Positions 30,912 to 41,528 of a DNA stretch of 64,000 nucleotides are shown piece after piece. The stretch's first letter is position 1; each line of letters starts with the position of its first letter. Source of the stretch: an uncultured Candidatus Binatia bacterium (GTDB lineage: Bacteria > Desulfobacterota > Binatia > UBA9968 > CAXXLF01); contig OZ244621.1 of NCBI GenBank assembly GCA_965218425.1, positions 3,552,001 through 3,616,000 on the forward strand. The letters are read 5' to 3'. The notes below the pieces were generated by a model, which saw nothing but the letters and a program-made list of their open reading frames with translations, made no database searches and was not told the origin of the DNA. The position numbers were made by a program, and so were the translations under genes.

Positions 30912-31804
30912 ATGGATGGAATCATCGGATGCATGGCCATGTCCCATGCGCCTCAGTTGATGCTTAAGCCTGATCGGTGGGGTCTTTTGAATACTAGAAG
31001 CGGGGATTTTCTGCCGGAGCGTCCTGACCTCAAGAATGAAACAATGGACGTAAAGTGGTCGAAATGGAGTCGCTGCCAAGCCGCTATTGATATTCTCCGG
31101 CTCAAACTGGAGGAGCTTGCTCCAGATGTGGTGATTCTTATCGGGGATGACCAGCACGAAAACATCCTGGAGGACAATACACCTCCGTTCACGGTCTTTA
31201 CGGGGGAGGAATTCGAGGCGAGCGTTAGTCTTAGGTACCTCAACCAACCTAAATCGGAAAACCGGACTCGCTATAAAGTGAATACCGACATGGCCATGGC
31301 CATCACGAATGCGCTCATGGAGATGGAATTCGACCCTGCTTACTCTAACAAGACTCGTTACGAGGGCGGAATGGGGCATGCCTTTGCACGAGTCCTTAAG
31401 TTCCTCACGCCAGAACATCGATCCCCGTGGTTCCTATCATGGTGAACACCTATTATCCCCCGGCCCCTTCGGCCAAACGTTGCGTTCGCTTCGGAAAGTT
31501 ATTAGCGACCGTCATCAGGCAGTTTCCAGGTCAGGGCCGTGTCATAATCATTGGGTCAGGAGGTCTCAGTCGCACCAAGATTGATGAGGAATTGGATCGA
31601 GGATTTATACGCGCCTGGAAAGGAAACGACATGGGATACCTCGATTCCTTTTCTTTGTCTGCCTTGATTGAAGGGACCTCTGAAATAAGAAACTGGATCG
31701 TCACCGCAGCCGCGGCGGATCGGCCCGCGAAAATGGTGGAGTATTCCCCCCTTTACAGGACCACCAATGGCGTGGGCTGCGCCATGGGATTTGCCACCTG
31801 GTAA
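30912..31804 (+). pseudogene. LigB-type (class III) extradiol dioxygenase, frameshifted near 31420
   Basis: MSHAP, GDDQHEN, GHAF in frame 1; VPIMVNTYYPP, GSGGLS(R), GTSEIRNW in the -1 frame. Confidence 0.85.
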
Positions 31805-31843
31805 AGGACTAGGCAAGAGCTCAACTCAAACCGGTAACGGAAA

Positions 31844-33172
31844 ATGTTAACCAAAGAGGAAAATGAGCAGCTGACCAGGGTAGGCCCCGGCACCTTAATG
31901 GGTGAGCTCATGAGGCATTATTGGATGCCGGCTCTACTTTCTTCGGAACTTCCCAAATCTGACGGATCCCCCCTGAGGGTGAGGCTTCTGGGTGAAGACC
32001 TGGTGGCTTTCCGTGATAGCGATGGGAGGGTGGGAATGCTTGGAGCCCATTGTCCCCATAGGGGAGCCCCGCTGTTTTATGGCCGTAATGAGGAATCAGG
32101 GCTGCGATGCATTTACCATGGTTGGAAGTATGATGTTGATGGCAATTGCGTGGACATGCCCAACGAACCGCCGGAGGGTAACTTCAAGGATAAGATTCAT
32201 CATCTGGCGTATCCATGTCGAGAACGTGAAGGAGTGATCTGGACTTATATGGGGCGTGTCAATCCACCGCCTCCCTTGCCAGAATTAGAATGGAATCTGC
32301 TACCGGAGGAGCAGCGGTACATTTCAAAGCGGATTCAATCTTGCAATTTCGCGCAAGCCTTGGAGGGGGATATCGACCAGAGCCACAACTCCTTTCTCCA
32401 TGCTCCGCACAATCAGCTCCAAAAGGGAGTTGGAGAAGGCAAAGGAGTTGACCTCTGGCGAAAAGTGGATACCCATCCTCGATTCGAAGTAGAAGACACT
32501 GAGTATGGAGTGTTGATCGGAGCACGGCGTGACGCAGATGAGAAATCCCACTACTGGCGTATCACGCAGTTCCTTTTTCCTTTTAATACTTTCACTGGGC
32601 CCTACGGTGACAATCCCACCAGGCAGGGCAGGGCATGGATCCCCGTGGACGATGAAACCACCATGCTGCTCGCAATAAACTTCCATCCTACCAGACTACT
32701 GAACCAGCAGGAGATTACCCGGTTGCGCAACGGTGCAGGAGCCGGGTTCGTCGGCGACGGCAATTTCTTGCCAGCGAGTGGCGAACCAGGGGGGGCATGG
32801 CGCCCCAAAGCACGGCAGGAAAACGAATATTATTTTGACCGAACTCTCCAGCGGACGAAGTTCTTTTCTGGCATCCCAGAATTTTGGGCCCAGGATGCGG
32901 CCGTACAGGAAGGTATGGGGCCCATTTACGACCGTACTAAAGAACATCTGGGAGGTAGCGACACGGCCATCATCCGGGTTCGCCGCCGGCTCATTGATGC
33001 TGCCAAAGCGTCATTGGCAGAAGGTGTTCCTCCTCCAGGAGCAAGCGACCCCTCCGTGTTTCGTGTTCGAGGAGCGGCAGCGCTATTACCCAAAGGTGCG
33101 GACTGGGTAAAGGATACAGAAGAGTTGCGAAAGGTTGTCCCCGGTGTCAACCAGTCGGCACCGGGTAGATAA
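31844..33172 (+). CDS. Rieske oxygenase alpha subunit (phthalate 4,5-dioxygenase-like)
   Basis: CPHRG...CIYHGWKYD; EGDIDQSHNSFLH; QDAAVQEGMGPI. Confidence 0.93.
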   Translation: MLTKEENEQLTRVGPGTLMGELMRHYWMPALLSSELPKSDGSPLRVRLLGEDLVAFRDSDGRVGMLGAHCPHRGAPLFYGRNEESGLRCIYHGWKYDVDGNCVDMPNEPPEGNFKDKIHHLAYPCREREGVIWTYMGRVNPPPPLPELEWNLLPEEQRYISKRIQSCNFAQALEGDIDQSHNSFLHAPHNQLQKGVGEGKGVDLWRKVDTHPRFEVEDTEYGVLIGARRDADEKSHYWRITQFLFPFNTFTGPYGDNPTRQGRAWIPVDDETTMLLAINFHPTRLLNQQEITRLRNGAGAGFVGDGNFLPASGEPGGAWRPKARQENEYYFDRTLQRTKFFSGIPEFWAQDAAVQEGMGPIYDRTKEHLGGSDTAIIRVRRRLIDAAKASLAEGVPPPGASDPSVFRVRGAAALLPKGADWVKDTEELRKVVPGVNQSAPGR

Positions 33173-33202
33173 AGTCATCCCATATTCGTCTCATAAACAC
33201 TG

Positions 33203-35278
33203 ATGCCTAAGTGGATAGTTGGAATTGATATCGGAGGTACGTTCACCGATGTGGCAGCAATGGAGGTGGAAACCGGTAAGTTAAGAATCACAAAAGTGCC
33301 TTCCATTCCGGTAGACCCATCTCAGGCGGTGGTTTCAGGACTGCAGAGCTTATTTGAAACGGATTCTGAGATTCGAGCAGCGGACGTTGGGTTTTTTGCT
33401 CACGGCACGACGGTGGCGACCAATGCTCTTATCGAGAGCAAAGGGGCCAAGGTGGGGTTACTGATTACCCGAGGGTTTCGAGCCATTTATCAATTGCGGG
33501 GTGGGTCGCGGCCTGCGGGGTCGGATCTCATCGATAGTTTTTACGAAAAGCCCGTGGGAGTGGTGCCTCAAAGATTCACCGAGGAGGTGGGAGGCCGGGT
33601 CCTCTTTGATGGGAGTGAATTGGAGCCTCTCGATGAAGACTCGGTTCGAAACGCAACTCGGAAGTTACGCCAGCAGGGAATTAATTCCATAGCCGTCTGC
33701 TACCTTTTTTCCTTTATGAATTCGAGCCATGAGCAGCGTACGGAGAAGATTATTCACGAGGAACATCCTGAGTGCAGGGTCTCGCTCTCCAGTGTGGTTC
33801 TTCCCGTTATCCGGGAATACCAGCGGATCTCCACTACGGTACTTGACGCCTATGTAGGCCCCGTAGTCGAAACATATCTAAAGGCGCTATCAGGTCGCCT
33901 GCGTGAATCTGGGCTTGTCACCGAGCGAATGTTCATCATGCAGTCTAATGGTGGACTCATGCGTATTGACGTTGCGGCCCACTACCCAAATCAGACTTTA
34001 CTATCGGGACCCGCCGCTGGTGTTGTCTTCGGTTCCAGTATGGGAAAACTCACTGGAGAACAAAACGTCGTGACTTTCGATATGGGAGGTACGAGTACGG
34101 ATATTAGCGTGATGCCCGAGGACACCTACCAGGAGACTCGTCAAGGAAAGATCAGCGGGCATGACATTGGAACGCCGATGATCCAGATACGCACCCTCGG
34201 GGCGGGAGGGGGAACCATTGCCTGGATTGGACCCGACGGGCTACTCAAGTGCGGACCACGCTCCGCCGGTGCGTCTCCAGGCCCGGCATGTTATGGTCAT
34301 GCTGGGCAAGAGCCAACCGTTACCGACGCTAACCTGCTGCTTGGATACCTTAATCCGGACTTTTTTATCGGCGGACGTATTAAAATCGATCCTCGTCTAT
34401 CTGAACGCGCAATCATAGAATCGGTGGCTAAACCCTTGGGGATGAGCCTGCACGATGCCGTGTTGGGTATTATTCGCGTGGTCAACGTAAATATGGAGGT
34501 TGGTCTGCGGCTATCCTTTGTAGAAAAAGGTCTCGATCCGCGGAAGTTTGCTTTGGTTGCTTTTGGCGGCGCGGGGCCACTTCACGCCAGCCGGGTGGCG
34601 CGAAATATGGGGATCCCAAAGGTGATCATTCCCGCTTATCCGGGCATCAGCAGCGCCATGGGCTTGTTGCAGACTGACGTCAAACATCAGTACCTTCAGA
34701 GCCGCATGGTCTCCCTCCTGGACCTATCCGCGGAAGAGGCGAATGAATTGTTTAATGGGCTCGTTGAGTGGGCCATGGAGGAGGCCCGCAGGGAAGGATT
34801 TGGTCTCCATGAGGTGGATCTCTTGCAGCAGCTCGATCTTCGCTATCCGTATCAGGGTTACGAGCTGACGGTCACTTGTCCCGACGGTGCCTTTCAGGAA
34901 AGCAACAAACAAGCGATTAGAGGCGAGTTCGACCGGCTTCATAAGCGGATCTATGGAACCTCCGCCCCTGAAGAGGTTCCTGAAGTAGTTAACGTTAGAG
35001 TTACCTCAATCAGCCACGTCCCCAAGCTTTCACTGCCTGAGATAAAGGCCGATAGTTCGTCATCGGGGGTAGCCCATGTCGGTAAACGCCCTGCACTATT
35101 TGAAGAGTACGGAGAATACAAAGAGACGCCAGTTTACAGGCGCGCTGAACTCCTTGCTGGAAGTCGAATAGAAGGACCGGCCGTCATCGAGCAATTAGAT
35201 TCCACCACGGTGATTTTACCCCGTCAAACCGCAGAGGTGGACCGATATGGCAGCCTGGCGATTACCGTGGAGATATAA
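33203..35278 (+). CDS. Hydantoinase/oxoprolinase subunit A (ATP-binding)
   Basis: GIDIGGTFTD, HGTTVATNA, SGPAAG, DMGGTSTD, GAGGG, FGGAG. Confidence 0.95.
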   Translation: MPKWIVGIDIGGTFTDVAAMEVETGKLRITKVPSIPVDPSQAVVSGLQSLFETDSEIRAADVGFFAHGTTVATNALIESKGAKVGLLITRGFRAIYQLRGGSRPAGSDLIDSFYEKPVGVVPQRFTEEVGGRVLFDGSELEPLDEDSVRNATRKLRQQGINSIAVCYLFSFMNSSHEQRTEKIIHEEHPECRVSLSSVVLPVIREYQRISTTVLDAYVGPVVETYLKALSGRLRESGLVTERMFIMQSNGGLMRIDVAAHYPNQTLLSGPAAGVVFGSSMGKLTGEQNVVTFDMGGTSTDISVMPEDTYQETRQGKISGHDIGTPMIQIRTLGAGGGTIAWIGPDGLLKCGPRSAGASPGPACYGHAGQEPTVTDANLLLGYLNPDFFIGGRIKIDPRLSERAIIESVAKPLGMSLHDAVLGIIRVVNVNMEVGLRLSFVEKGLDPRKFALVAFGGAGPLHASRVARNMGIPKVIIPAYPGISSAMGLLQTDVKHQYLQSRMVSLLDLSAEEANELFNGLVEWAMEEARREGFGLHEVDLLQQLDLRYPYQGYELTVTCPDGAFQESNKQAIRGEFDRLHKRIYGTSAPEEVPEVVNVRVTSISHVPKLSLPEIKADSSSSGVAHVGKRPALFEEYGEYKETPVYRRAELLAGSRIEGPAVIEQLDSTTVILPRQTAEVDRYGSLAITVEI

Positions 35279-35280
35279 AG

Positions 35281-37041
35281 ATGGAACCTAGTACCGGATT
35301 GGATGCCATCACCCTGGAAGTTATTAAAAACCGGTTTCGGGAACTCGGCTCCACCATGGAACACCTGTTGTTCCACAGCGGTTATTCCACAATCCTCCGA
35401 GAGTCACGAGACGGATCGGCAGGAATCTGTGACCGTGATGGTTACGCGGTGGAGGCTGCAGGGACGCCTATCCACCTCTATCCGTATTATCTCGGTGTTC
35501 GCGCCGTTCTTGATGTTTACCCCGTCGAGGAGATGTTTGATGGAGACTGTTTTATTTTAACCGATCCCTATCTTGGCGGTAGCCTCCATGTGCCGGATTT
35601 AATCATTGTGACCCCGATATTCGTGGACCGCGAGGTCGTTGCCTTCAGCGTCAGCATTGCCCATAAACCGGATTTGGGCGGCCTGGTCCCTGGCTCATCC
35701 GGCGCAGGCGCAAGGGAGATCTTTCATGAGGGACTCTTGTTGCCGCCGGTGCGATATTGGACCCGTAATGGAGTTGTGAAGGAAGTCGAGGGGATCATCA
35801 AACGGAACTGCAGGATCCCCGAGGTCATTGCGGGAGACATCCGGGCCCAGGTCGGATGCACCTTGGTGGGCGCCCGGCGAATTCGTGAGCTATGCAGCGA
35901 ATACGGCACTGAAACGATCAAGACGGCCTTTTCTGAGCTTCTGCGATTGTCCGAGGAGCGTGTCAGGCGGGGACTAGCGGCGTGGCCTGACGGTGAGGAG
36001 GTAGCGGAGGGTTGGGTTGATGACGACGGTGTGGACCAAGAACGGGCTCTAGGTCTGCACGTGAAGGTAACCAAGCAAGGTGATGGGATCACTTTTGATT
36101 ACAGCCAAATGTGCGACCAGGTGAAAGGTCCGATCAATCTTCGACCCCAAACCTCTTACGTGGCAGCTGTCCTGGCGCTGTTGACCTATCTTGACCCGAC
36201 TATCCCGATCAACGACGGGATCCGGCGGCCAATCCAATTTATCAATCCCGAGGGAAAGATCACGAACCCCAAATGGCCTGCACCCGTAAATAGCTACTAC
36301 GGACTGACCCATGTCCTATACAGCACCATCGGGAGGGCGCTGGCCAAGTTCAATCCAAAGCGTGCCGTGGCCTCTGCCGGTCTGGGGCTTGGTGCGATGG
36401 CAGTAGGTCATCAAGAGAACCGCCTCGGCAGGAAGGCGGTACAGTACGAGCTTTATGTGACCTCCCAAGGAGGAACGTCCGAGCACGACGGTTCCTTCGG
36501 GGTAACCATGTTGAACGGAACCCCGAACACTTCCGTGGAAATTATCGAGACCGAATTTCCAGTCCGAGTCTGTAGGCACGAGTTTGTACCGGATTCGGCA
36601 GGGGCCGGTCGCTTTCGGGGCGGCCCGGGGAATCGCAAGGAATATGAGGTCCTCGGGGATGCGGATTTGACTTTGCGACTAGGACATCAGTTCAATCATG
36701 CGGGCTGGGGTATTCTGGGAGGAAAGCCCCCGCTTACGGTGCGAGCCTATTTAAATCCAGGTACGAGACGCGAACGAGCGTTGCGGCCCCTCGAAACGGT
36801 CCACCTGAATGCGGGAGAGCGTTTCCTAATTGAAATGCCGGGAGGAGGAGGATACGGGGATCCTATTTCCAGAGACCCCCAATGGGTTTTAAGAGACGTG
36901 CTGGATGGCTACGTATCCATCGGGGCAGCGGAACGTGATTACGCGGTTGTCATAGACCGTGACGGTCTGACGGTTCAAGCGGAAAAAACTGCCCAGATTC
37001 GCAACCGACATCGTTGTGCGAAGCAGCAGATCCACCGCTAG
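35281..37041 (+). CDS. Hydantoinase B/oxoprolinase subunit B
   Basis: DPYLGGSLHVPD, HKPDLGG, EIFHEG, DSAGAGRFRGG, PGGGGYGDP. Confidence 0.95.
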   Translation: MEPSTGLDAITLEVIKNRFRELGSTMEHLLFHSGYSTILRESRDGSAGICDRDGYAVEAAGTPIHLYPYYLGVRAVLDVYPVEEMFDGDCFILTDPYLGGSLHVPDLIIVTPIFVDREVVAFSVSIAHKPDLGGLVPGSSGAGAREIFHEGLLLPPVRYWTRNGVVKEVEGIIKRNCRIPEVIAGDIRAQVGCTLVGARRIRELCSEYGTETIKTAFSELLRLSEERVRRGLAAWPDGEEVAEGWVDDDGVDQERALGLHVKVTKQGDGITFDYSQMCDQVKGPINLRPQTSYVAAVLALLTYLDPTIPINDGIRRPIQFINPEGKITNPKWPAPVNSYYGLTHVLYSTIGRALAKFNPKRAVASAGLGLGAMAVGHQENRLGRKAVQYELYVTSQGGTSEHDGSFGVTMLNGTPNTSVEIIETEFPVRVCRHEFVPDSAGAGRFRGGPGNRKEYEVLGDADLTLRLGHQFNHAGWGILGGKPPLTVRAYLNPGTRRERALRPLETVHLNAGERFLIEMPGGGGYGDPISRDPQWVLRDVLDGYVSIGAAERDYAVVIDRDGLTVQAEKTAQIRNRHRCAKQQIHR

Positions 37042-37059
37042 GCGGGAAGCAACGCTTGC

Positions 37060-38805
37060 ATGGAACTTGATGCAATTACGTTAGAGGTCATTAACAACAA
37101 ACTCAGGGAGATAGGTTCCACCATGGAGCACCTGCTGTTTCACAGCGGTTATTCCACTATCTTACGAGAATCCCGTGACGGCTCGGCCGGTATAGCCGAC
37201 CGGGAGGGCTACGCGGTGATGGCCTCCGGTAGCCCTTTGCACCTGTATCCTTACTATCTTGGCATTCGCACGATTCTCAAGAATTACCCCATCCATGAGA
37301 TGGAGGACGGCGAGAGCTTTATCCTGAACGATCCGTATCTTGGGGGTAGCCTGCATGTACCCGACATCGTCGTTGTCACACCGGTCTTTGTGGATAAAGA
37401 AGTGATAGCTTTCAGCGTGAGCATTGCTCACAAGCCGGATGTTGGCGGTATTGTACCCGGATCCTCGGGTGCCGCCTCCCGTGAGATCTTCCATGAAGGC
37501 CTGTTGTTGCCGGGCGTGCGGTATTGGACCCGCGACGGGGTCAATAGGGAAGTTGAAGCCATTGTCAAACGTAATTGCCGAATTCCAGAGGTTATCGCAG
37601 GCGATATACGTGCCCAGGTGGGCTGTACCAAGGTGGGCGCCGATTGCATTCGTGACCTCTGTGGCGAGTATGGCACGGCTACCGTCACGAAAGCGTTTTC
37701 AAAGCTTCTAGCGCTAACCGAAGAGCGCGTGCGACGTGGGCTTGCGAGCTGGCCGGACGGCGACGCCGAAGCTGAGGGTTGGGTCGATGATGATGGTGTA
37801 GACCATGAAAAACCCCTTCGTTTGCACGTAAAGGTCAGCAAGCAGGGGGAGCAAATCACTTTTGATTACAGTCAAATGAACGGCCAGGTGAAAGGGCCCA
37901 TCAACCTCCGGCCGCAATCTTCCCAGGTGGCTGCGGTGCTTGCACTGCTCACCTATTTAGACCCTACAATTCCAGTGAACGATGGTATTCGAAGACCTAT
38001 CAGGTTTATCAATCCGGAAGGAACCATCACGAATCCGCTCTGGCCAGCACCGGTCAATAGCTACTTTGGGATCTCCAACGTTTTATACGGCACCATCGGC
38101 AATGCGCTTGCCAAGTTCAATCCAAATCGGGCCGTTGGTTCTGCTGGTCTTGGTCTCGGGGCAATGGCCATTGGTCACGAGCAGAACCGTGCTGGCAGGA
38201 AAGCGGTGCAGTACGAGCTTTATGTGACCTCCCAGGGGGGCACCCCGGATCACGACGGCTCCTCGGGCACCGTGGGATTCTTCAATTTCACCCCCAACAC
38301 ACCCATTGAAATAATCGAAACCGAATTTCCGGTCCGGGTATGCAAACACGAGTGGATTACGGATTCGGCCGGTGCCGGTCGCTTTCGCGGTGGCCTAGGA
38401 AATCGTAAAGAGTACGAAGTACTCGGAGATGCGGTACTGACCCTGCGCCTAGGCCATCAGTTCAACTTCTCGGGTTGGGGTGTGCTCGGCGGCAAGGCGC
38501 CGCCCACGGTGGGGGCTCATTTAAATCCGGACACACCACTCGGACGCGGGTTGCGGCCGCTGGAGACGGTTACCCTGAGCGGGAGGGATCGTTTCCGGGT
38601 TGAAATGCCCGGGGGAGGCGGGTATGGGAATCCTTTGCTCAGGGACCCTGAATTGGTACTGGCAGACGTAATGGACGGATATGTTTCTATTGAGGCGGCT
38701 GAGCGAGATTACGGGGTCATCATTGATGGGGCTACCATGAAGGTTCATGCTGGCCAAACGGCGCGCCTCCGCTCACAACTTCCACCTCGCGATGGTGGTG
38801 GTTAG
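37060..38805 (+). CDS. Hydantoinase B/oxoprolinase subunit B, tandem paralog
   Basis: Same motifs; closely similar to 35281-37041 over its whole length. Confidence 0.95.
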   Translation: MELDAITLEVINNKLREIGSTMEHLLFHSGYSTILRESRDGSAGIADREGYAVMASGSPLHLYPYYLGIRTILKNYPIHEMEDGESFILNDPYLGGSLHVPDIVVVTPVFVDKEVIAFSVSIAHKPDVGGIVPGSSGAASREIFHEGLLLPGVRYWTRDGVNREVEAIVKRNCRIPEVIAGDIRAQVGCTKVGADCIRDLCGEYGTATVTKAFSKLLALTEERVRRGLASWPDGDAEAEGWVDDDGVDHEKPLRLHVKVSKQGEQITFDYSQMNGQVKGPINLRPQSSQVAAVLALLTYLDPTIPVNDGIRRPIRFINPEGTITNPLWPAPVNSYFGISNVLYGTIGNALAKFNPNRAVGSAGLGLGAMAIGHEQNRAGRKAVQYELYVTSQGGTPDHDGSSGTVGFFNFTPNTPIEIIETEFPVRVCKHEWITDSAGAGRFRGGLGNRKEYEVLGDAVLTLRLGHQFNFSGWGVLGGKAPPTVGAHLNPDTPLGRGLRPLETVTLSGRDRFRVEMPGGGGYGNPLLRDPELVLADVMDGYVSIEAAERDYGVIIDGATMKVHAGQTARLRSQLPPRDGGG

Positions 38806-38847
38806 GAACAGCGGTTTGTTGAGAATCGGAAGGGAAGGCGCCACTAG

Positions 38848-39756
38848 ATGAGCGTTATGAAAATGCTTTATAGAGATGTGGACCGGACGCCGTATCTTTG
38901 CACGCTCAAGTTTACGGCGGAACATTATGGATTGGAGCTAGAACTTGAGAAATCTTCCGGACCCGATTACGGAGACCTGTTGGAGGAAGGAAAAGCGGAT
39001 GTCCTAGCGGAAAACTACTGGGGGCTGCAGAGTTACCGAGCGAGGGGCGTTCCCTTGGTCAGCGTGGCGACGTCCGTGACTTGGATGAACGAAAAACTCC
39101 TGGTCCATCCAAGCCTCTCGAGGGTGGAAGACCTCAGGGGAAAAAGATTTGCCATCCGCAAGGTCGGTCCCTCAGAGCTTGTACCCGGCCTCTGGTTGAA
39201 GGATATGGGGCTGGCGAAGGACATAGAGCAGGTGATTGTTCCGGAGGCCGAAGTGGGGCGCTGGGGAAACTGGAAGAAAGTACTTCAGGGGGAATGCCAC
39301 GGCTGCTTTGTCACGAATCTCTACGCGGATGAACCGTTGCAGGCTGGGTTAAAACACATTCCCATAAAGCCCTATGGGGTATTAGGGAACGTCACTCTGA
39401 CGGTGTCGGAAGATCTCATACAGCGCAGAAGGCAAGACGTTCAATGGCTCGTGAATGCCGCATTTGAGGCTTCCCATCTCTTCATTAACGACGAGCGTAG
39501 GACCCTGGAAATAATGGGTAAAGAACCCATGGAGCTGATGAAAATCAATGATGAAGGCCGTTTAAAGCGGGTTTATGAGATCCTCAAAGAGGAAGTATCC
39601 GAATTTCCGCTTCCAAGGGCGGAAGCCATAGCCAATACACATAGAATGAGGCTGGGCAGGTCTCCGGAATTGGCGGATTTCAATCCACTTTTAATGTGGG
39701 ATTTAAGCTTTGCTAAAGAAGGTCTTAAAACCAGGGCCGCTTCATTCCCCTCATAG
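38848..39756 (+). CDS. NMT1/THI5/SsuA-like binding-protein-fold protein without signal peptide
   Basis: HYGLELEL, LEEGKADV, VEDLRGKRFAI; no hydrophobic N-terminus. Confidence 0.7.
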   Translation: MSVMKMLYRDVDRTPYLCTLKFTAEHYGLELELEKSSGPDYGDLLEEGKADVLAENYWGLQSYRARGVPLVSVATSVTWMNEKLLVHPSLSRVEDLRGKRFAIRKVGPSELVPGLWLKDMGLAKDIEQVIVPEAEVGRWGNWKKVLQGECHGCFVTNLYADEPLQAGLKHIPIKPYGVLGNVTLTVSEDLIQRRRQDVQWLVNAAFEASHLFINDERRTLEIMGKEPMELMKINDEGRLKRVYEILKEEVSEFPLPRAEAIANTHRMRLGRSPELADFNPLLMWDLSFAKEGLKTRAASFPS

Positions 39757-39780
39757 CTTAACAAGGGGAACCTCCATCTA

Positions 39781-40797
39781 TCATAACGTCACGCCAGGAA
39801 ACTTCACGTCAAGCATTTCCCATCGGTCTCCGCTGTCCTCGCTATGGCAGAGTTCGCCGCTGGTGAGTTCCGCGTAAAGGTGATTGGGATCTGCCCCGTC
39901 AATTACAATCTCCACGGCAAAGCTTTTGCCCATCTCGGACAGGTTGCCGTCTAACTTCTGCCAGCTTTTTCCACCATCTTTGGTCCTCGCGATTACTGAT
40001 TCCGCGCCACTGGGACGATTCCACTGGCGAGGTTGGCCATTGGCCATGGCGGCATAGAGTATATTCGGGTTCTCTGGGTGCATCACCAGCGGCAACGAGT
40101 ATTCCTGGGAGAGATCGGCTCCCATTGGGCTCCATGTCTGGCCTGCGTCGTTGCTCTTGTAAAGGGCCCTTCCCTTGGACTTGCCCTGGCGGCAATCGTG
40201 ACCGCCTGTGGCAATGAAAATGTTGTTGGTATTCGTTGGATCGATGACGATGGTGTGAACATCGGCGTCGATCCCTTTATCCAGCAGTTTCCAGCTTTCA
40301 CCTCCGTCCGTGGATTTCAGCATGTATCCCACTTGAAGGGCTACGTAGATTGTTTTGGTATCCTTTGGGTCCACCGCGACGTCCCTCACATGGGGTTCAA
40401 CCGTCGGTACCGGATAGGTAATGGTTTCCACAAAGGGAACTGCTCTTAAGGCGTCCATTCGGGTCCAGGTCATGGCCGAGTCCCGGCTAACAAATACATC
40501 AATGGGTTCTGTTCCAGCGTAGAGCGTGTTGGGGTCGTGGGGGTCGACGGTGAGGCACCTGACTTTTCCCGGCCCTGGCTTGCCATAGCAGGGCTTTTTC
40601 CAGGATTTTCCGGCGTCGTCGCTGAGCCATACCCCGTCGCCCCTTGTTCCCGCAAAAACCCGGTTAGGCATGCCGGGAACGGAGACCGCCTTCAGGACTG
40701 ACCAATTTTTCAATGCCTGGTTTTCCACCTTCCATGATTGTCCGTTTTGGCTCGTTACAGTTACAACGCCTTCGTCTGTGCCGAAATATAGAGTCAT
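39781..40797 (-). CDS. BNR/Asp-box repeat beta-propeller protein without signal peptide
   Basis: Repeated SxDxGxxW boxes (SDDAGKSW, STDGGESW, SNDAGQTW, TKDGGKSW, SEDSGDRW). Confidence 0.88.
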   Translation of the reverse strand: MTLYFGTDEGVVTVTSQNGQSWKVENQALKNWSVLKAVSVPGMPNRVFAGTRGDGVWLSDDAGKSWKKPCYGKPGPGKVRCLTVDPHDPNTLYAGTEPIDVFVSRDSAMTWTRMDALRAVPFVETITYPVPTVEPHVRDVAVDPKDTKTIYVALQVGYMLKSTDGGESWKLLDKGIDADVHTIVIDPTNTNNIFIATGGHDCRQGKSKGRALYKSNDAGQTWSPMGADLSQEYSLPLVMHPENPNILYAAMANGQPRQWNRPSGAESVIARTKDGGKSWQKLDGNLSEMGKSFAVEIVIDGADPNHLYAELTSGELCHSEDSGDRWEMLDVKFPGVTL

Positions 40798-40973
40798 GCC
40801 ATTGACCTCCTCCAGTTTCCCATTGCGTGATTGCTAGGACGCATAGTATTAAATGCCTTGCTCAGAATCAAGCATGCTTTGTGGAAAATTTGACATGATG
40901 CGGACCCTGTATTAAAAGTGCCCGTGTCAGCTAACGGTTTGGCACAGAATGTATCCGTCCATTGGAGGACTAT

Positions 40974-41513
40974 ATGGCAGATCCGAATGTATTGCACCTG
41001 GCGCACTATACTGTCGTTGTTCGAGACATTCGTGTTGCAGAAGCCTTCTACACTAAAGTCATGGACGCAGACGTGATCCGGCGAAGTTGGAACCCTGATG
41101 AGCCAGACCCGGCGGGTGATAAGAGAGGACGGCGCTTTACCCAGCTCAAGCTCGGTAGCGTGGTCTTCGATGCCTTCGAGGAACCCTTTGGCCCCTGGCC
41201 GGAGCGACGCAATTTGACTCAGCATCCTCACTATGCCTTTGAGGTTAAGTCTCTCAAGGAATCGAGCCTGCGGCTTGACGAGCATAAGATCCCCTATGAG
41301 TGGAATACTTTTCACGGTCCTGGAGTAGGGATCTACTTCGGCGATCCGGATGGGAACCACCTTGAATACATCGAATCCCGAGGACACTCAAAAGAAGGTA
41401 TCAAGGTTGGTGATCCCGATTGGCCACGGCTCCAATACGATTTTGACCCGCAAACCGCCATGGGCACTCTAGTCGACCTGTCAACATCATCCACCGGCGT
41501 TGACGCAAGTTAA
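40974..41513 (+). CDS. VOC (glyoxalase/extradiol dioxygenase) family protein
   Basis: LAHYTVVVRD, PHYAFEV, YFGDPDGNHLE (H/H/E metal set). Confidence 0.88.
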   Translation: MADPNVLHLAHYTVVVRDIRVAEAFYTKVMDADVIRRSWNPDEPDPAGDKRGRRFTQLKLGSVVFDAFEEPFGPWPERRNLTQHPHYAFEVKSLKESSLRLDEHKIPYEWNTFHGPGVGIYFGDPDGNHLEYIESRGHSKEGIKVGDPDWPRLQYDFDPQTAMGTLVDLSTSSTGVDAS

Positions 41514-41528
41514 CCGTGAGGTGACACA

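Noticed and set aside
39778..39783. TGA ending the first BNR gene as a second Sec codon
   Set aside because: Immediately followed by TAG and no SECIS-like hairpin; the gene is only slightly shorter than its paralog
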